From positions 317,126 to 381,125 of the forward strand of contig JAZDJN010000087.1 of NCBI GenBank assembly GCA_043803945.1: a stretch of DNA of 64,000 nt, written 5' to 3'. The notes beneath the pieces are model-generated. The model saw only the letters and a program-made list of their open reading frames with translations. It had not been told where the DNA came from and ran no database searches. The position numbers and the translations under genes were made by a program. This DNA comes from a bacterium (GTDB taxonomy: Bacteria > Bacteroidota > Ignavibacteria > UBA10030). Below, one piece after another: positions 49,213-59,521 of the stretch. Position 1 is the first letter of the stretch. Each line of letters begins with the position of its first letter.

Positions 49213-50154
49213 ATGATTAGACGCATGGTAGTTGTTGGGTTACTCTTGATAATAGCCATTTCCGTCCAGGCTCAATTCAAGCAGAATAAAATCCTCGATG
49301 AACATCAAAAAATTCATTTCACGGGAAACCTGAGCGTTGATCTCGCTCAATTGAATGAAATCTCAATCAATGAAGGACATGGCTTTGACTCGTTGTTGGA
49401 AGAAGAGAAAGTAAAGAAGTCACCTTTGCTTGCTGCACTCTACTCAGCGGCAATTCCCGGCGCTGGAGAATTCTATACTGAACGGTATTGGAAAGCCGGA
49501 GGATTTCTGGCAGCCGAAATTGCCTTGTGGGTCGTCTATGCAGTGTACGATGGGAAGGGAAATGATCAGACTGCCATTTTCGAGCAATTCGCCGACGATC
49601 ATTGGTCAGTTGTTCACTATGCTAATTGGATGGAGGTCTATGCCAATGAACTCCGCCCAGGGGTACAGTTCGGCCCTATCGTCATTAAAACGACAGGCAA
49701 GCCGTGGGAGAATATTAATTGGAATGAATTAAATCGAGCCGAAGAACTTCTCGGGCAGCAGGTGGGAAATGGTTTTACTCATCGGCTTCCCATGAGGCCC
49801 GACCAGCAGTATTACGAAGAGATTGGTAAATATCCCCAATACGGCGGGGGATGGGAAGATGCACAATCCTATCAACCCGGAGGCTATAAACCCTTTGATG
49901 TTACAAAATCAAATGTTCCACCGATGTTTTTTCAGTATTCCAAAATGCGCGGCCGGGCCAATGATCTCTACACCGTTGGAAGAACAGCAAGCTCTCTGCT
50001 TGTTGCGAACCATGTATTGAGTGCGCTCGATGCTGCCTGGAGTGCGACGCAGTTTAATGCTGAATTAAAAGTAGAAGCGCATCTCCAGCCGGTACAACGG
50101 CCCTATGGAATCGTCGAGTTTGTACCGACAGCTAAAGCAACTCTCCGATTCTGA
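49213..50154 (+). CDS. Hypothetical membrane-associated protein
   Basis: GGAGG RBS, signal peptide, KSPLLAALYSAAIPGAGEFY, QQYYEEIGKY and SALDA. Confidence 0.7.
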   Translation: MIRRMVVVGLLLIIAISVQAQFKQNKILDEHQKIHFTGNLSVDLAQLNEISINEGHGFDSLLEEEKVKKSPLLAALYSAAIPGAGEFYTERYWKAGGFLAAEIALWVVYAVYDGKGNDQTAIFEQFADDHWSVVHYANWMEVYANELRPGVQFGPIVIKTTGKPWENINWNELNRAEELLGQQVGNGFTHRLPMRPDQQYYEEIGKYPQYGGGWEDAQSYQPGGYKPFDVTKSNVPPMFFQYSKMRGRANDLYTVGRTASSLLVANHVLSALDAAWSATQFNAELKVEAHLQPVQRPYGIVEFVPTAKATLRF

Positions 50155-50223
50155 AATTCTTCAACGGATCGATCGAACTGAAATTCACTCAGTTAGTTTC
50201 TGAGCAGAGGTGTTGTCTCTCCT

Positions 50224-50388
50224 TCAGCGCTGACCATTATGGGACATCAGGTTGTCCTTAAGTATGCCGACACACATCTTGTCGTTCACCATAAAGGCGA
50301 GCCCGCCCATCATTTTCTTTTCCTGAACCTTAACCTGGGGTGGAAGGAATTGACGGACACGCTCTGCAAGTTTTTCATCATATGCCAT
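50224..50388 (-). pseudogene. Truncated TfoX/Sxy N-terminal domain gene (54 aa)
   Basis: Not in the track. AAGGAG RBS; MAYDEKLAERVR...EKKMMGGLAFMVNDKMCVGI, then a premature end. Confidence 0.75.
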
Positions 50389-50472
50389 AATAATGAATTC
50401 TCTCCTTGATTAAACACCAATGTAAACGTTCGCCCATAACGATTTTCATTTCGACCGATAGGCCAGGCATCA

Positions 50473-51036
50473 TCATCTCTTGAATATTTTAATGTTCTCT
50501 ACGATAGACCGAGACACTCTGGTCTGGATAGAGGTTGGTTTCCAATTAGGTCTCCAGTCGAGATAAAGGCTTTCTTTGATATTGCCAAAGGAAATATCGA
50601 TGACAAAGTACGGACCAACAATTTCCGAACGAGGTCCACCTAATCCTTCTGCACGCTTGCGAAGGAACAGCTCAACATAAGTTACTCCAAACTTGTTTCG
50701 TTTTACCTGGGCAGAGTCGATATCCTCGCAATAGGTCGATCCGTCCGGTCCGTCTGCCGCCGAACATCGTATCGCTAAGTTAATCGCGTTGGAACGAAAG
50801 TCAGTGAAATCAGCAAGGATGTCATCGAACTCTCCGAACAGAATCCTCTGACTATTGTGGATGACAGCAATATAGTGTGTGTCGACTTTTGCAGGATTCG
50901 AGCTATAGCTGCCGCCTTTGAGTGAAAAGAAGTCTGAGTACTCAATCGCATAGCCGCGCCTGCTATCAACAAAGATCGATCTCTCCTGGGATAACAGCGA
51001 GCCACAAAAGAAAATGACGATATACAAATACCTCAT
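50473..51036 (-). CDS. Hypothetical secreted protein
   Basis: Signal peptide and Cys pair in CSAADGPDGSTYC. Confidence 0.65.
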   Translation of the reverse strand: MRYLYIVIFFCGSLLSQERSIFVDSRRGYAIEYSDFFSLKGGSYSSNPAKVDTHYIAVIHNSQRILFGEFDDILADFTDFRSNAINLAIRCSAADGPDGSTYCEDIDSAQVKRNKFGVTYVELFLRKRAEGLGGPRSEIVGPYFVIDISFGNIKESLYLDWRPNWKPTSIQTRVSRSIVENIKIFKR

Positions 51037-51199
51037 CGTTTTAGTCCTAGGTGAACGATTATAGATGTGAATGATGTAATAATACTTCGCTGCAAAATAT
51101 TCAAGCCTCCTGGGCGAGTTCAGTAAAATGAACGTACGATCGCACGTGACCTGGTCATAAATGTTCGCTTGCTTTTAGCAAAGAGGATGAGATCAATTC

Positions 51200-52084
51200 T
51201 CATTCCCTTCTCTTTAAATGAAAAGTTACTTTGTAATTATCAGCATAGAGAATGTCTATACTCCAACCCGCTTTAGTAGCTCGATCTCTCCAGATAGTTT
51301 CAAAAATTCCCCTATACTCTTCGAGCGAAATAATGGGTTTCAGGTGCAACACTGTGAAGTAGAGGGAGAGGAATTGACTGTTCATCATAACGATTGCCTC
51401 ATCATCTTCAAGCTTCGCCAGTGTTACATCGTTCCCCCTCAGTTTGGCCTGCTCCCAGCAGAGATAAAGAATAAATGCCTTCTGAGATGAGGTGAACGGT
51501 ACCCAGGCTTTTGCTGCAAGATAATATCCGCCGCCATCCTTTAGCAGGTTCAGAGCGTATTCTTTTCCTTTCTCTTTGACGATAGGCAGATAGAAATTGG
51601 TAACGATAAAGGACCAATAGATTTCCTCACGCATCCAGTTCTTTTGCTGGTCGGCGATATCGGGAAAATCTGAAACCGGAGGCGGAGGAAGCGTATCGAG
51701 CCTGAGAAAGACCGCTTCCAGATGCTGGAAATACCATTGAGTATTTTCTGTAATGAAAGAAAAACAATAGCTGACCTTTTGATTTCCTGTAGTCCAGGGA
51801 ATGATATACTGAGTTCGATTGTCGAACTGAATAACTTTAGGGATGGCTGCCCAATCGCTTGCTGTTGCCAGTGTTCTTACGGAATCCAGATATCCCAGGA
51901 GGGTCGGTTTAAAGAAATCTCCAAGCTGGTTGTACGGATGAATCCTGTCTATGCTCATAGTCCCGCTTCTGAGTGCAGTGATGAATTCATGCCAGATGCG
52001 AAGCTCATCCTGGCAGTAGCCGATGTCAGAACACGAAGCGGAGCCAATGATAATTGAGCATGCGAGAAGAATTCGATTTATCAT
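51200..52084 (-). CDS. Hypothetical secreted protein
   Basis: GAGGTG RBS, signal-like N-terminus, 294-aa open frame. Confidence 0.7.
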   Translation of the reverse strand: MINRILLACSIIIGSASCSDIGYCQDELRIWHEFITALRSGTMSIDRIHPYNQLGDFFKPTLLGYLDSVRTLATASDWAAIPKVIQFDNRTQYIIPWTTGNQKVSYCFSFITENTQWYFQHLEAVFLRLDTLPPPPVSDFPDIADQQKNWMREEIYWSFIVTNFYLPIVKEKGKEYALNLLKDGGGYYLAAKAWVPFTSSQKAFILYLCWEQAKLRGNDVTLAKLEDDEAIVMMNSQFLSLYFTVLHLKPIISLEEYRGIFETIWRDRATKAGWSIDILYADNYKVTFHLKRRE

Positions 52085-52488
52085 AAGTACACCTCATTGG
52101 AAAATCCATCTGTTGAATGCCACCGAACATTGAAGAATTTGCATCATAGTTATGATTCGTTGATGAAGAAACGATTGAACGTTCATTGTCCAACTGAGAC
52201 CGGTCCAGGTGAAGAGCATTCAGGATCTCAGATTTTCGAAGTCGCTTGCCCATCTCGTTCTCCTCAGCGAAGTGTGTATTGTAGTTAGAAATCAATCACC
52301 TGGAGTTCTTCGGCAATGTTAAACCCTGCGTTCTCCACTCCTTTTCGCTCATTTGAGATATAGCTGTGATTCTCATCAATCGATTTGTTTGATCTCGTGA
52401 ACTCATCTTATAAAGTTAATTGATTTAGATCAAGTACCTTAACACAACCCAACGATTCATGCCATATGCCGTGGCGTCAGGGTTCTGG

Positions 52489-52983
52489 TCACAAATACCC
52501 CCCGCGCGCAGGTGGCAGCTTCTTGTATTCTGGCTTTGCCTCAACGAGCCTGCGAATGAACTCGAGAGTTTGCCGGAGCTTTGCAGCCCGAGCATCTGTT
52601 GAAACGATCGAATCTTCCCAGTAGAGATTCTTCCATCTGGAGTCAAGTTTGAACTTGAGGATATATGTTTGGTATGGAGTAAGTGAGGCAACAGTATCCG
52701 TCTGTTGGACGACGAACGTATCGGGGTAACTGAAGATGTCAATGCTCAGCAACCATGATTCTATACTGTCGAATTCTGCCTGTGAAAGTACACACCTGGT
52801 TATTATGGTTCCGTCAAGAATCAAGTCCTTCGTAAACGTGTCGTTAAACGAATTCAGCTCATTACGAGCGTTTATCCCGAACTTCAGTTGTATATTGAAT
52901 CGTCGATCGAGAGGTTCCGTTCCAGTATCAGTACATGACAACCCAAGAAGGACGAAGGCTATCAGGATCAAGGGGTGCTTCAT
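52489..52983 (-). CDS. Hypothetical lipoprotein
   Basis: Start MKHPLILIAFVLLGLSC (lipobox) after GAGGAAGG; C-terminal PEYKKLPPARGGYL. Confidence 0.7.
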   Translation of the reverse strand: MKHPLILIAFVLLGLSCTDTGTEPLDRRFNIQLKFGINARNELNSFNDTFTKDLILDGTIITRCVLSQAEFDSIESWLLSIDIFSYPDTFVVQQTDTVASLTPYQTYILKFKLDSRWKNLYWEDSIVSTDARAAKLRQTLEFIRRLVEAKPEYKKLPPARGGYL

Positions 52984-53190
52984 TGAAATACAATACCTTC
53001 CTCTGCGGATTGGTACATACCATGTGTCATCCCCAGACCTGGCAACACTCAGTACCTTTCTCGAGAGATATTTTGTTCCAGCCACAATGTTTCTGGAAGT
53101 GATAATCTTCTGCACGAGCACTAGTAACTGATTATGCATTACAGATAATCGTGGATAGCAGTACGGATGCAAATATTTTCTCAACATAGT

Positions 53191-55068
53191 CTACCGCCCA
53201 ACCATAGGAACAATTGCCAAGCGTCCCGATTCCGCTGAATAGGCAGCGAGCAGGCTTCTCTGGTCCGCCAAAGGAGGAAGCAGAATGTCCATATATGCCG
53301 GATTCCCATAATCGAAGTTACCGCCGCTTATGAAAATTGGTGCCGGAGGTGTTTTGTACACAGGCATTGGTTCGCCAAGAAAATTCATCATTCTGTTGCT
53401 GACAAGGCACGTTCCAACAAAGTACCTCCAGTCTTCAGCAGGTTCGCCGATGAGCTCAAGAGGCACCGAGAACTCAATCTCGTTGCTTTCATACTTCGAT
53501 ATGGCATTCACGATTTCGGGAGTGGAAAAAAAGATTTCTCCAAAATTGTTGGCGAGTGATATGCTTGTGCCGACATTCACTTTAATGTCATACCCGTCGT
53601 CCCCTGTAAATCTTACCCCATGACAAAACTTCTGCAGGTGTCGTTGTTGGCCCTTTCCCTTCTGAATCGCGATGATAGTGCCGATGACTATTTTCTCCGA
53701 TCGAGGTTGGTTACCCAGAACCAGCGGCGCTTTCAGTTTATTGAATTCAAGCCGAATGTACGCGTAGTGTTGGTCTTTGAACATCTCAACCTTTTTAAGA
53801 TCAAAACATCCCTTCGGATAATTTCCATAGGCAGGATAGAGGTAGTCCCCATCTCCCATGTCGTCTCCCTCCGCATCTGTCAGTGAGAATATGCGAGTTG
53901 CTGTTGAAGGAATCGTAGTTCCGATTTCTGGTATTCGTTTTTCGAGCAGCGATGCGGTCCACTCTCGTTCGAGCCGATCGATGGTTTGATGATACGTTGA
54001 CTCCAGACTGGCGATGATCGTATCGCCAGCCAGTGGTTTGGAGCAAAAAACTTTGAGTTTGCTCATTCCGTAACGGTCGTGAAGGAACCGAATGAACGAT
54101 CCAGCCTGGGAATAGGTGATATAGTTGTGCGAAAGAAACGTCCGGTTGTCCATGGTGAGGAGTGTTCTCAGCGGGTACTGGAATGACTGCACGATTTGAT
54201 TCCGGGCATCGTTGACGATGAAATCGCGTGTGGTATGAAAGGCACCGGCAAACGCACACGCAAGACCTTCGGTGATTGCGGGGTTCTCATCGTGCATACC
54301 CGCAAGACCGGCGATAAGATGAATGAGTTCGTGATGGTTCACAAAGGATGACGAAGCAACGAACCACAAATCCCATGTACCCGTCATGCCGGCGGATCTT
54401 GGAATTGCCGCATAGCCATTCACAGGACCGAAGTTCAAGAGCTTGCCGCATTCCATGTCGGTACGAGCCCTGTAGAAATCAATTTTCCGAGTTAATTGAA
54501 GATCAAATATCTGCAATGCTCTCGAGCATTCCAATTCGGCATATTGAATTTCTTCAAGGTAGTCACCGATCTCAAATTCTGGCGGATAGTAAAACACGAT
54601 ATGCTCAGTACTGAAGGTTCTCCAGCCATCGGTAAAAAGGTCTAATGGATTGATGAAGATCCAATGTCCATTTTCCTGGACGAGGTAAAATTTCAAGTCT
54701 CGTGCCCGACCAACAGTACTATCGCGAGGCAGCCATCGTACCTGTAGGATGCAACAGTCGTTCTCACGATCGGCTTTCTGAATCTCAAATTTTCCATTAT
54801 AAACAGACCTCTTCCAGTCAGCGAATGTCCCCCAGTGGTAGAATTCGTTGTGGATGGTCCAGAATCCTTTTCGGGCAAGGGATCTCTGGCTCCAGAGTAG
54901 TTTCACAGCAGTTGAATCAGAGGTGGACAGAGCCGCCAGGTATGTATTCAAGAGTTGAGCGGTGTCCGTGGGCGTGATCGTATTGGAGCCGTTGCCAATC
55001 CTTTTGTTGCAGGCTATTGGGAGAAGAAGGCATGCTGTGAAGAAAAGTCTAATGATTTTCAGAATCAT
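53191..55068 (-). CDS. Lipoprotein with gluzincin (MA) peptidase and glucodextranase-C/DOMON-like domain
   Basis: Lipobox PIAC, HELIH...ITEGLA, YSQAGSFIRFL..RYG and TDAEGDDMGDGDYLYP...FDL. Confidence 0.7.
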   Translation of the reverse strand: MILKIIRLFFTACLLLPIACNKRIGNGSNTITPTDTAQLLNTYLAALSTSDSTAVKLLWSQRSLARKGFWTIHNEFYHWGTFADWKRSVYNGKFEIQKADRENDCCILQVRWLPRDSTVGRARDLKFYLVQENGHWIFINPLDLFTDGWRTFSTEHIVFYYPPEFEIGDYLEEIQYAELECSRALQIFDLQLTRKIDFYRARTDMECGKLLNFGPVNGYAAIPRSAGMTGTWDLWFVASSSFVNHHELIHLIAGLAGMHDENPAITEGLACAFAGAFHTTRDFIVNDARNQIVQSFQYPLRTLLTMDNRTFLSHNYITYSQAGSFIRFLHDRYGMSKLKVFCSKPLAGDTIIASLESTYHQTIDRLEREWTASLLEKRIPEIGTTIPSTATRIFSLTDAEGDDMGDGDYLYPAYGNYPKGCFDLKKVEMFKDQHYAYIRLEFNKLKAPLVLGNQPRSEKIVIGTIIAIQKGKGQQRHLQKFCHGVRFTGDDGYDIKVNVGTSISLANNFGEIFFSTPEIVNAISKYESNEIEFSVPLELIGEPAEDWRYFVGTCLVSNRMMNFLGEPMPVYKTPPAPIFISGGNFDYGNPAYMDILLPPLADQRSLLAAYSAESGRLAIVPMVGR

Positions 55069-55149
55069 GATTTGAAAAATGAAATGATGTTCATGGATTG
55101 TTCTGTCAGACCGTATCACGCTCGATTAAATCGTACAACAGTAGCGCAT

Positions 55150-55983
55150 TCATTGGCTGAAATGTAACTTGCCATCCTTATCCAAAGTAATTATTCTTCC
55201 TGCGCCCAGCTCGACGAAGTGATCGCCATAGGCCTTCCGGAATGCGGCCATGGATTTGTCTCCTGTACAATGCGTAGCACCACAATACCGTACTCCCATG
55301 GTTTTGAAGGAATCGATGATGGCATTGATCTGCACATCCGAATGATTCAATAAATGAAAACCACCCAACACCACATAGGGATCTTTCTTCAATAGTTGTT
55401 TTGCCTTCTTCAGTATCGAGACGATACCCGGGTGGGAACAACCGGTGATCAATACCAGGCCTTGCGGAGTTTCGATGATCAAGCTTTGCTCAATTAATTT
55501 ATCTCCCATGGCTCCGGTTAGATGAGTGTAGGGAAAGAGCTCGAGAGGCGAACTCACCACAATATTTTTTAATTCGACATGGTTCAGTTGATTCATGGCA
55601 ATCGATCCAAGTTCTTCAGGAAGATACACGCACTGCAAGTTCTTTCCCCCGGTAACAGATGCTAGTCCGTCGGTATGATCTCCGTGACCATGGGAGATTA
55701 CCAGGTATTGAATCTGATTAGGATCGATGTGCGCCTGATTCATGTTATGAAGCAAAATATCCGGCCTGGCACCGGCATCAAATAAGATCGTCTTTTGCAG
55801 GCCTTCAATAACACATGCAAAGCCCCAGTCCTGTTTGAACATTTTATCACAAGCCGCATTATCATAGAGAATGGTGATTGTGACCGATGACGTGATGGAT
55901 GAGTCACACTTGACAGAGTCACCCGCCAGGCAATTTACAAAAGCAATTACGCCCAATGCGATTACTATGGATATATTTTTCAT
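55150..55983 (-). CDS. Secreted MBL-fold metallo-hydrolase
   Basis: ITILYDN, LFDAG, SHGHGDH, TGCSHPG, GGFHL and HCTG. Confidence 0.88.
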   Translation of the reverse strand: MKNISIVIALGVIAFVNCLAGDSVKCDSSITSSVTITILYDNAACDKMFKQDWGFACVIEGLQKTILFDAGARPDILLHNMNQAHIDPNQIQYLVISHGHGDHTDGLASVTGGKNLQCVYLPEELGSIAMNQLNHVELKNIVVSSPLELFPYTHLTGAMGDKLIEQSLIIETPQGLVLITGCSHPGIVSILKKAKQLLKKDPYVVLGGFHLLNHSDVQINAIIDSFKTMGVRYCGATHCTGDKSMAAFRKAYGDHFVELGAGRIITLDKDGKLHFSQ

Positions 55984-56365
55984 ACTATTTTACTCTGTCT
56001 TACTATGAATTGTATAAGATGCATCATATGGATTCATGCTGTTTCAGCTCTGTCTTGAATCGTTATTGCTCATACGCTTGCCGTAAAGTGTTTCTGCCAA
56101 TTCCAAGGTTCTCGGCGGCGCAGGGATTTGGGTATCCTGTTTTGCCGGATGCTGGTTTAATGGTTTTCGCTTGCCTTTATTTTGCCGCCACATGAGCTCT
56201 TTGAGAACGCGTGTCTTGTTGATAGCATCCAAATTCGTGAAATCGTAGACACTATCCTTAGCTACCAGATCGAATATCAAACCAATAAAGCCACCGACAA
56301 GATAAGCAGGTATTGCGTAACCTGCTGGAACGAGCAGGTACAAGATTCCTCGTTCGATATTACTT

Positions 56366-57463
56366 TCAGCTCCGATGCATATCATGAGTCCATTTTCGGC
56401 TGTGATGTGGAGCGGCCATCCGAATACCGAAATCAGCAAGAGAGGCTTCTGCCGGTATTGGAGAGCCGGGAATTCTATTCGATAGAGTTCGATAATACCC
56501 CCAATTGAGAATCAGGGATTGAAGAGCATGCACCCAAGACTTTACCATCCGTTGTAGCATGCGCGCTGGAGAATAAAAAGTTCTCCGAAATTTCAAATAC
56601 CCATTCCAGAGCGTTTCAGGAGACATACGTGCTGGCCGAAACGCGACTGCAGTTTTTCCATTGTAATAGCTCCAATCCTGAGTGAGAAGTCGGCCGTTTT
56701 GGCGTAACGATTCAAACAGAGGAGTTCTGGGAAAAGGAGTGAGGATACTGATCGTAGCTCCATCAATGCCTGCCTTCGTTGCTCCTGCGAGAGTCAAGTC
56801 AAATGTCGATTCGTCGTCGCCATCGAATCCAAAGACAATACCAGCTTGCACGGCGATCCCGTATTTATGAATACGTGCCACTCCTTCAGCGTACGTTTCA
56901 ACAAGGTTGAACGACTTATTTGCAAGCGCTAAGCTCTCCGCTGAAAATGATTCAAGTCCGAGAAACAAACAAACGCAACCAGCACGTGAAGCAGCTCGCA
57001 ACAACCTGTCATCTTCTGTGCTTGAAAGAGTGACCATCGCAGCCCACCGTTTATTTTGAGATTCAAGATCTTTAAATAGTTTTAACGCATAACTAGGACT
57101 CATAAACAATTGATCATCCCAAAACGTAAAGAATGAGGTTCGGAACGTACGAACCTCAGCGATCACTTCTTCCACTGGGCGAAAGCGGAGAGATGGATCA
57201 TAGATTTGCCGAAGGTTGCAGTAATTGCAGCGGTGGGGACATCCTCGAGTAGCGATGACCGTTGATTCAAACAGGCCTCTCTTGTGGATCAAGTCGCGTC
57301 GTGCTAACGGAATATTTTTTAAGCTTGGTGGATGGTTTGTCTTATAGATTGATTCAAGTTTGCCGTTTTCTGTGTCTGCAAGTACTGCCGGCCAGGTATC
57401 TTCGGCTTCACCTATCACAATAGTACATTCATTTAATTTAATATTTACACAATGAGTGAGCAT
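56366..57463 (-). pseudogene. 5'-truncated B12-binding radical SAM protein
   Basis: TRGCPHRCNYC, FWDD, GLES and LTPFPRT. Homology begins at IVIGEAE, so most of the B12-binding domain is missing. Confidence 0.7.
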
Positions 57464-57503
57464 CGTAATGTCTGCAGTTATGCGTCGTGATGCTCCTTAT
57501 CAT

Positions 57504-58250
57504 CTACCTTCTCAATGCCGCCTTCGAGAAGAGATGTTCCGGAATGTCCGCATCAAAAACGATCGAATCAATAAAGAATTCTGTTCCTTTGCCTTGTTTA
57601 AATATATCTTTGTACAGTGCTGATTTTGCTACCCATCGATTCTGAATTCTCATCACTTCAAGCACTTCCAAAGTCTTTAATAACTTACCGGTCTTTGCAT
57701 AGAGATTCTCTTTGAGAATCACGTATCGGCTTTTATCCACCCAGACTTTCCGGCTGTGATAAGCGATATTTTCCTTTTTCGCCACCAGATCCAAAACCCA
57801 GCATTCGCGGCCGTTCAGTGTTTCTTCGGAGGATACTTTAGCCGAATACAAATTCGGTAGGTGCGGGTCCTCCATCATGTCCTCGTACGAAAGGTCCGAC
57901 CCCATAACGGACTGTCGCAGCATATGTCCAGAGATCATGATTGTCCGGTCAGTGGACGGAGAATATGTCCACAACTGGTCACCGAGTTTGAGCATTTTGG
58001 TTCCCTTCTCGCGAGCTGGAGATAGATATTCGGTGAACGAATCGCTTGTGCCGCGCTGCCATGACTTCGCTTCCATAGTCCGGCTCTCACGCCTTCCGTG
58101 GATGATCATGCGCGAGACCACAATCTTGTTTTCCGAGAATGTGTTCTGATCAACCTTTTTAATGATTTCGTCGCCTGAGAGCGTTTGTGCCCGGAGTGAT
58201 GTAGTTGGCAGAAAGAGGAGAATGAGAAGAGAGAGGGATAATCGTTTCAT
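57504..58250 (-). CDS. Outer-membrane lipoprotein-sorting protein (LolA-like, DUF1329/DUF4292 type)
   Basis: SPAREKGTKMLK, MGSDLSYEDM and LYAKTGKLLK. Confidence 0.85.
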   Translation of the reverse strand: MKRLSLSLLILLFLPTTSLRAQTLSGDEIIKKVDQNTFSENKIVVSRMIIHGRRESRTMEAKSWQRGTSDSFTEYLSPAREKGTKMLKLGDQLWTYSPSTDRTIMISGHMLRQSVMGSDLSYEDMMEDPHLPNLYSAKVSSEETLNGRECWVLDLVAKKENIAYHSRKVWVDKSRYVILKENLYAKTGKLLKTLEVLEVMRIQNRWVAKSALYKDIFKQGKGTEFFIDSIVFDADIPEHLFSKAALRR

Positions 58251-59521
58251 GCTTCAAGTTCCTTGAATAACTGTGACGTTTGCCGCTTGTAAATTCCGAT
58301 TCCCGATATCGCCGTTCCGAGAAACGTTGCAAGCATTCCCGGCAAAAAACCGATCGCAAAGCTGAACGGCGTTATTTGTGCCCGTATGACGTTGCTCATC
58401 ATCAGCGAGCTCCCCTTCATCATCGACCCAAAATCGATCCCGTACACCTGCAAGTAATATGCTAATGCTAATCCAATCGCCGTGCCGAGGAAGGAACCAG
58501 CGAAGCCAATCATTAACGATTCGGCCATCATAGAACGATACACGTGCACTTTGTCCTCACCAATCGCCAACCGTACGCCGATTTCACCGTAGCGGCGCAA
58601 ACCTCCCGTTAATCCCGTATTCCATAAAACGATCGACATCGCAATCACAAAGATGCCGATGATGATGCTGGAGTATGCGTCGGCTAAATCGAGATAATCG
58701 GCAAGACCACTTTGGATCCGGAGCGTTCCCATGATCGGCGAGAATTCATCTTTCGGATTATTGTAATGGGAGTTAAATTCGATAGCCATCATACTTGCCC
58801 GAACTTCGTCATAGAGATCATCTCGAAAAAAGCCCAGGATTTCTCCAGCCCCTTGCTCCATGTCTAACGCCTGCTGGATGTCCACAAGATCGGCGATCAC
58901 TGCGCCCCGATCCATTGCGGCAATTCCGAAACGAACTGTTCCGACGATCGTAAAGTTAGCGACTGCTATACTCCCATTCATCGTTGAGCTGATCAGGGTT
59001 GCAGTTTCGCCGGGCCGAACAGCTAAACTCCTTGCGAGGTCATCGGCGATAAGAATTTCACATTGTCGCTGTGGCATCCGTCCCCTCACAACCGAGTTCT
59101 GAATATTCAAGATTTTCCACTCGGGACTTTCGGAGGATAATAGTCTTACAGCCGTTCCGAAGACCGGAGCCTGCACGCGCGTTTCACCTTGTTCATCGGG
59201 AATATCCAGCAGCCCGCCAAACTTAATCCGCGGTGTCCATACAATATCCGGGAATTTCCTCTTCAACTCGGCAAGAAGCGTATCGATGTGCATCAGTGCC
59301 AGATCGTTGGGAACTTGATCAGCTTCTTTGGCATACGCATTTGTCATGATACGCACATGACCGGTGGAGTAGTGCGCTGTGGACTGAACCATGAGGTCAA
59401 AAACTCCGTTCATGTAGGCATGCACGAAAACCGTGAGCATTGCGCCGATTGCAACGATGAGTAATGGAAACAGCGAGCGGGAACGATCGCGCAGCAGACC
59501 TTTGAGGAGGAATTGTATCAT
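58247..59521 (-). CDS. ABC transporter permease, FtsX/LolE type
   Basis: RDRSRS and RRYGEIGVRLAIG with 4-TM topology. Confidence 0.88.
   Translation of the reverse strand: MIQFLLKGLLRDRSRSLFPLLIVAIGAMLTVFVHAYMNGVFDLMVQSTAHYSTGHVRIMTNAYAKEADQVPNDLALMHIDTLLAELKRKFPDIVWTPRIKFGGLLDIPDEQGETRVQAPVFGTAVRLLSSESPEWKILNIQNSVVRGRMPQRQCEILIADDLARSLAVRPGETATLISSTMNGSIAVANFTIVGTVRFGIAAMDRGAVIADLVDIQQALDMEQGAGEILGFFRDDLYDEVRASMMAIEFNSHYNNPKDEFSPIMGTLRIQSGLADYLDLADAYSSIIIGIFVIAMSIVLWNTGLTGGLRRYGEIGVRLAIGEDKVHVYRSMMAESLMIGFAGSFLGTAIGLALAYYLQVYGIDFGSMMKGSSLMMSNVIRAQITPFSFAIGFLPGMLATFLGTAISGIGIYKRQTSQLFKELEA

Noticed and set aside
52296-52406. 36-aa ORF between core-like sites
   Set aside because: Too short and featureless to annotate; kept only as context for the cassette-array hypothesis.
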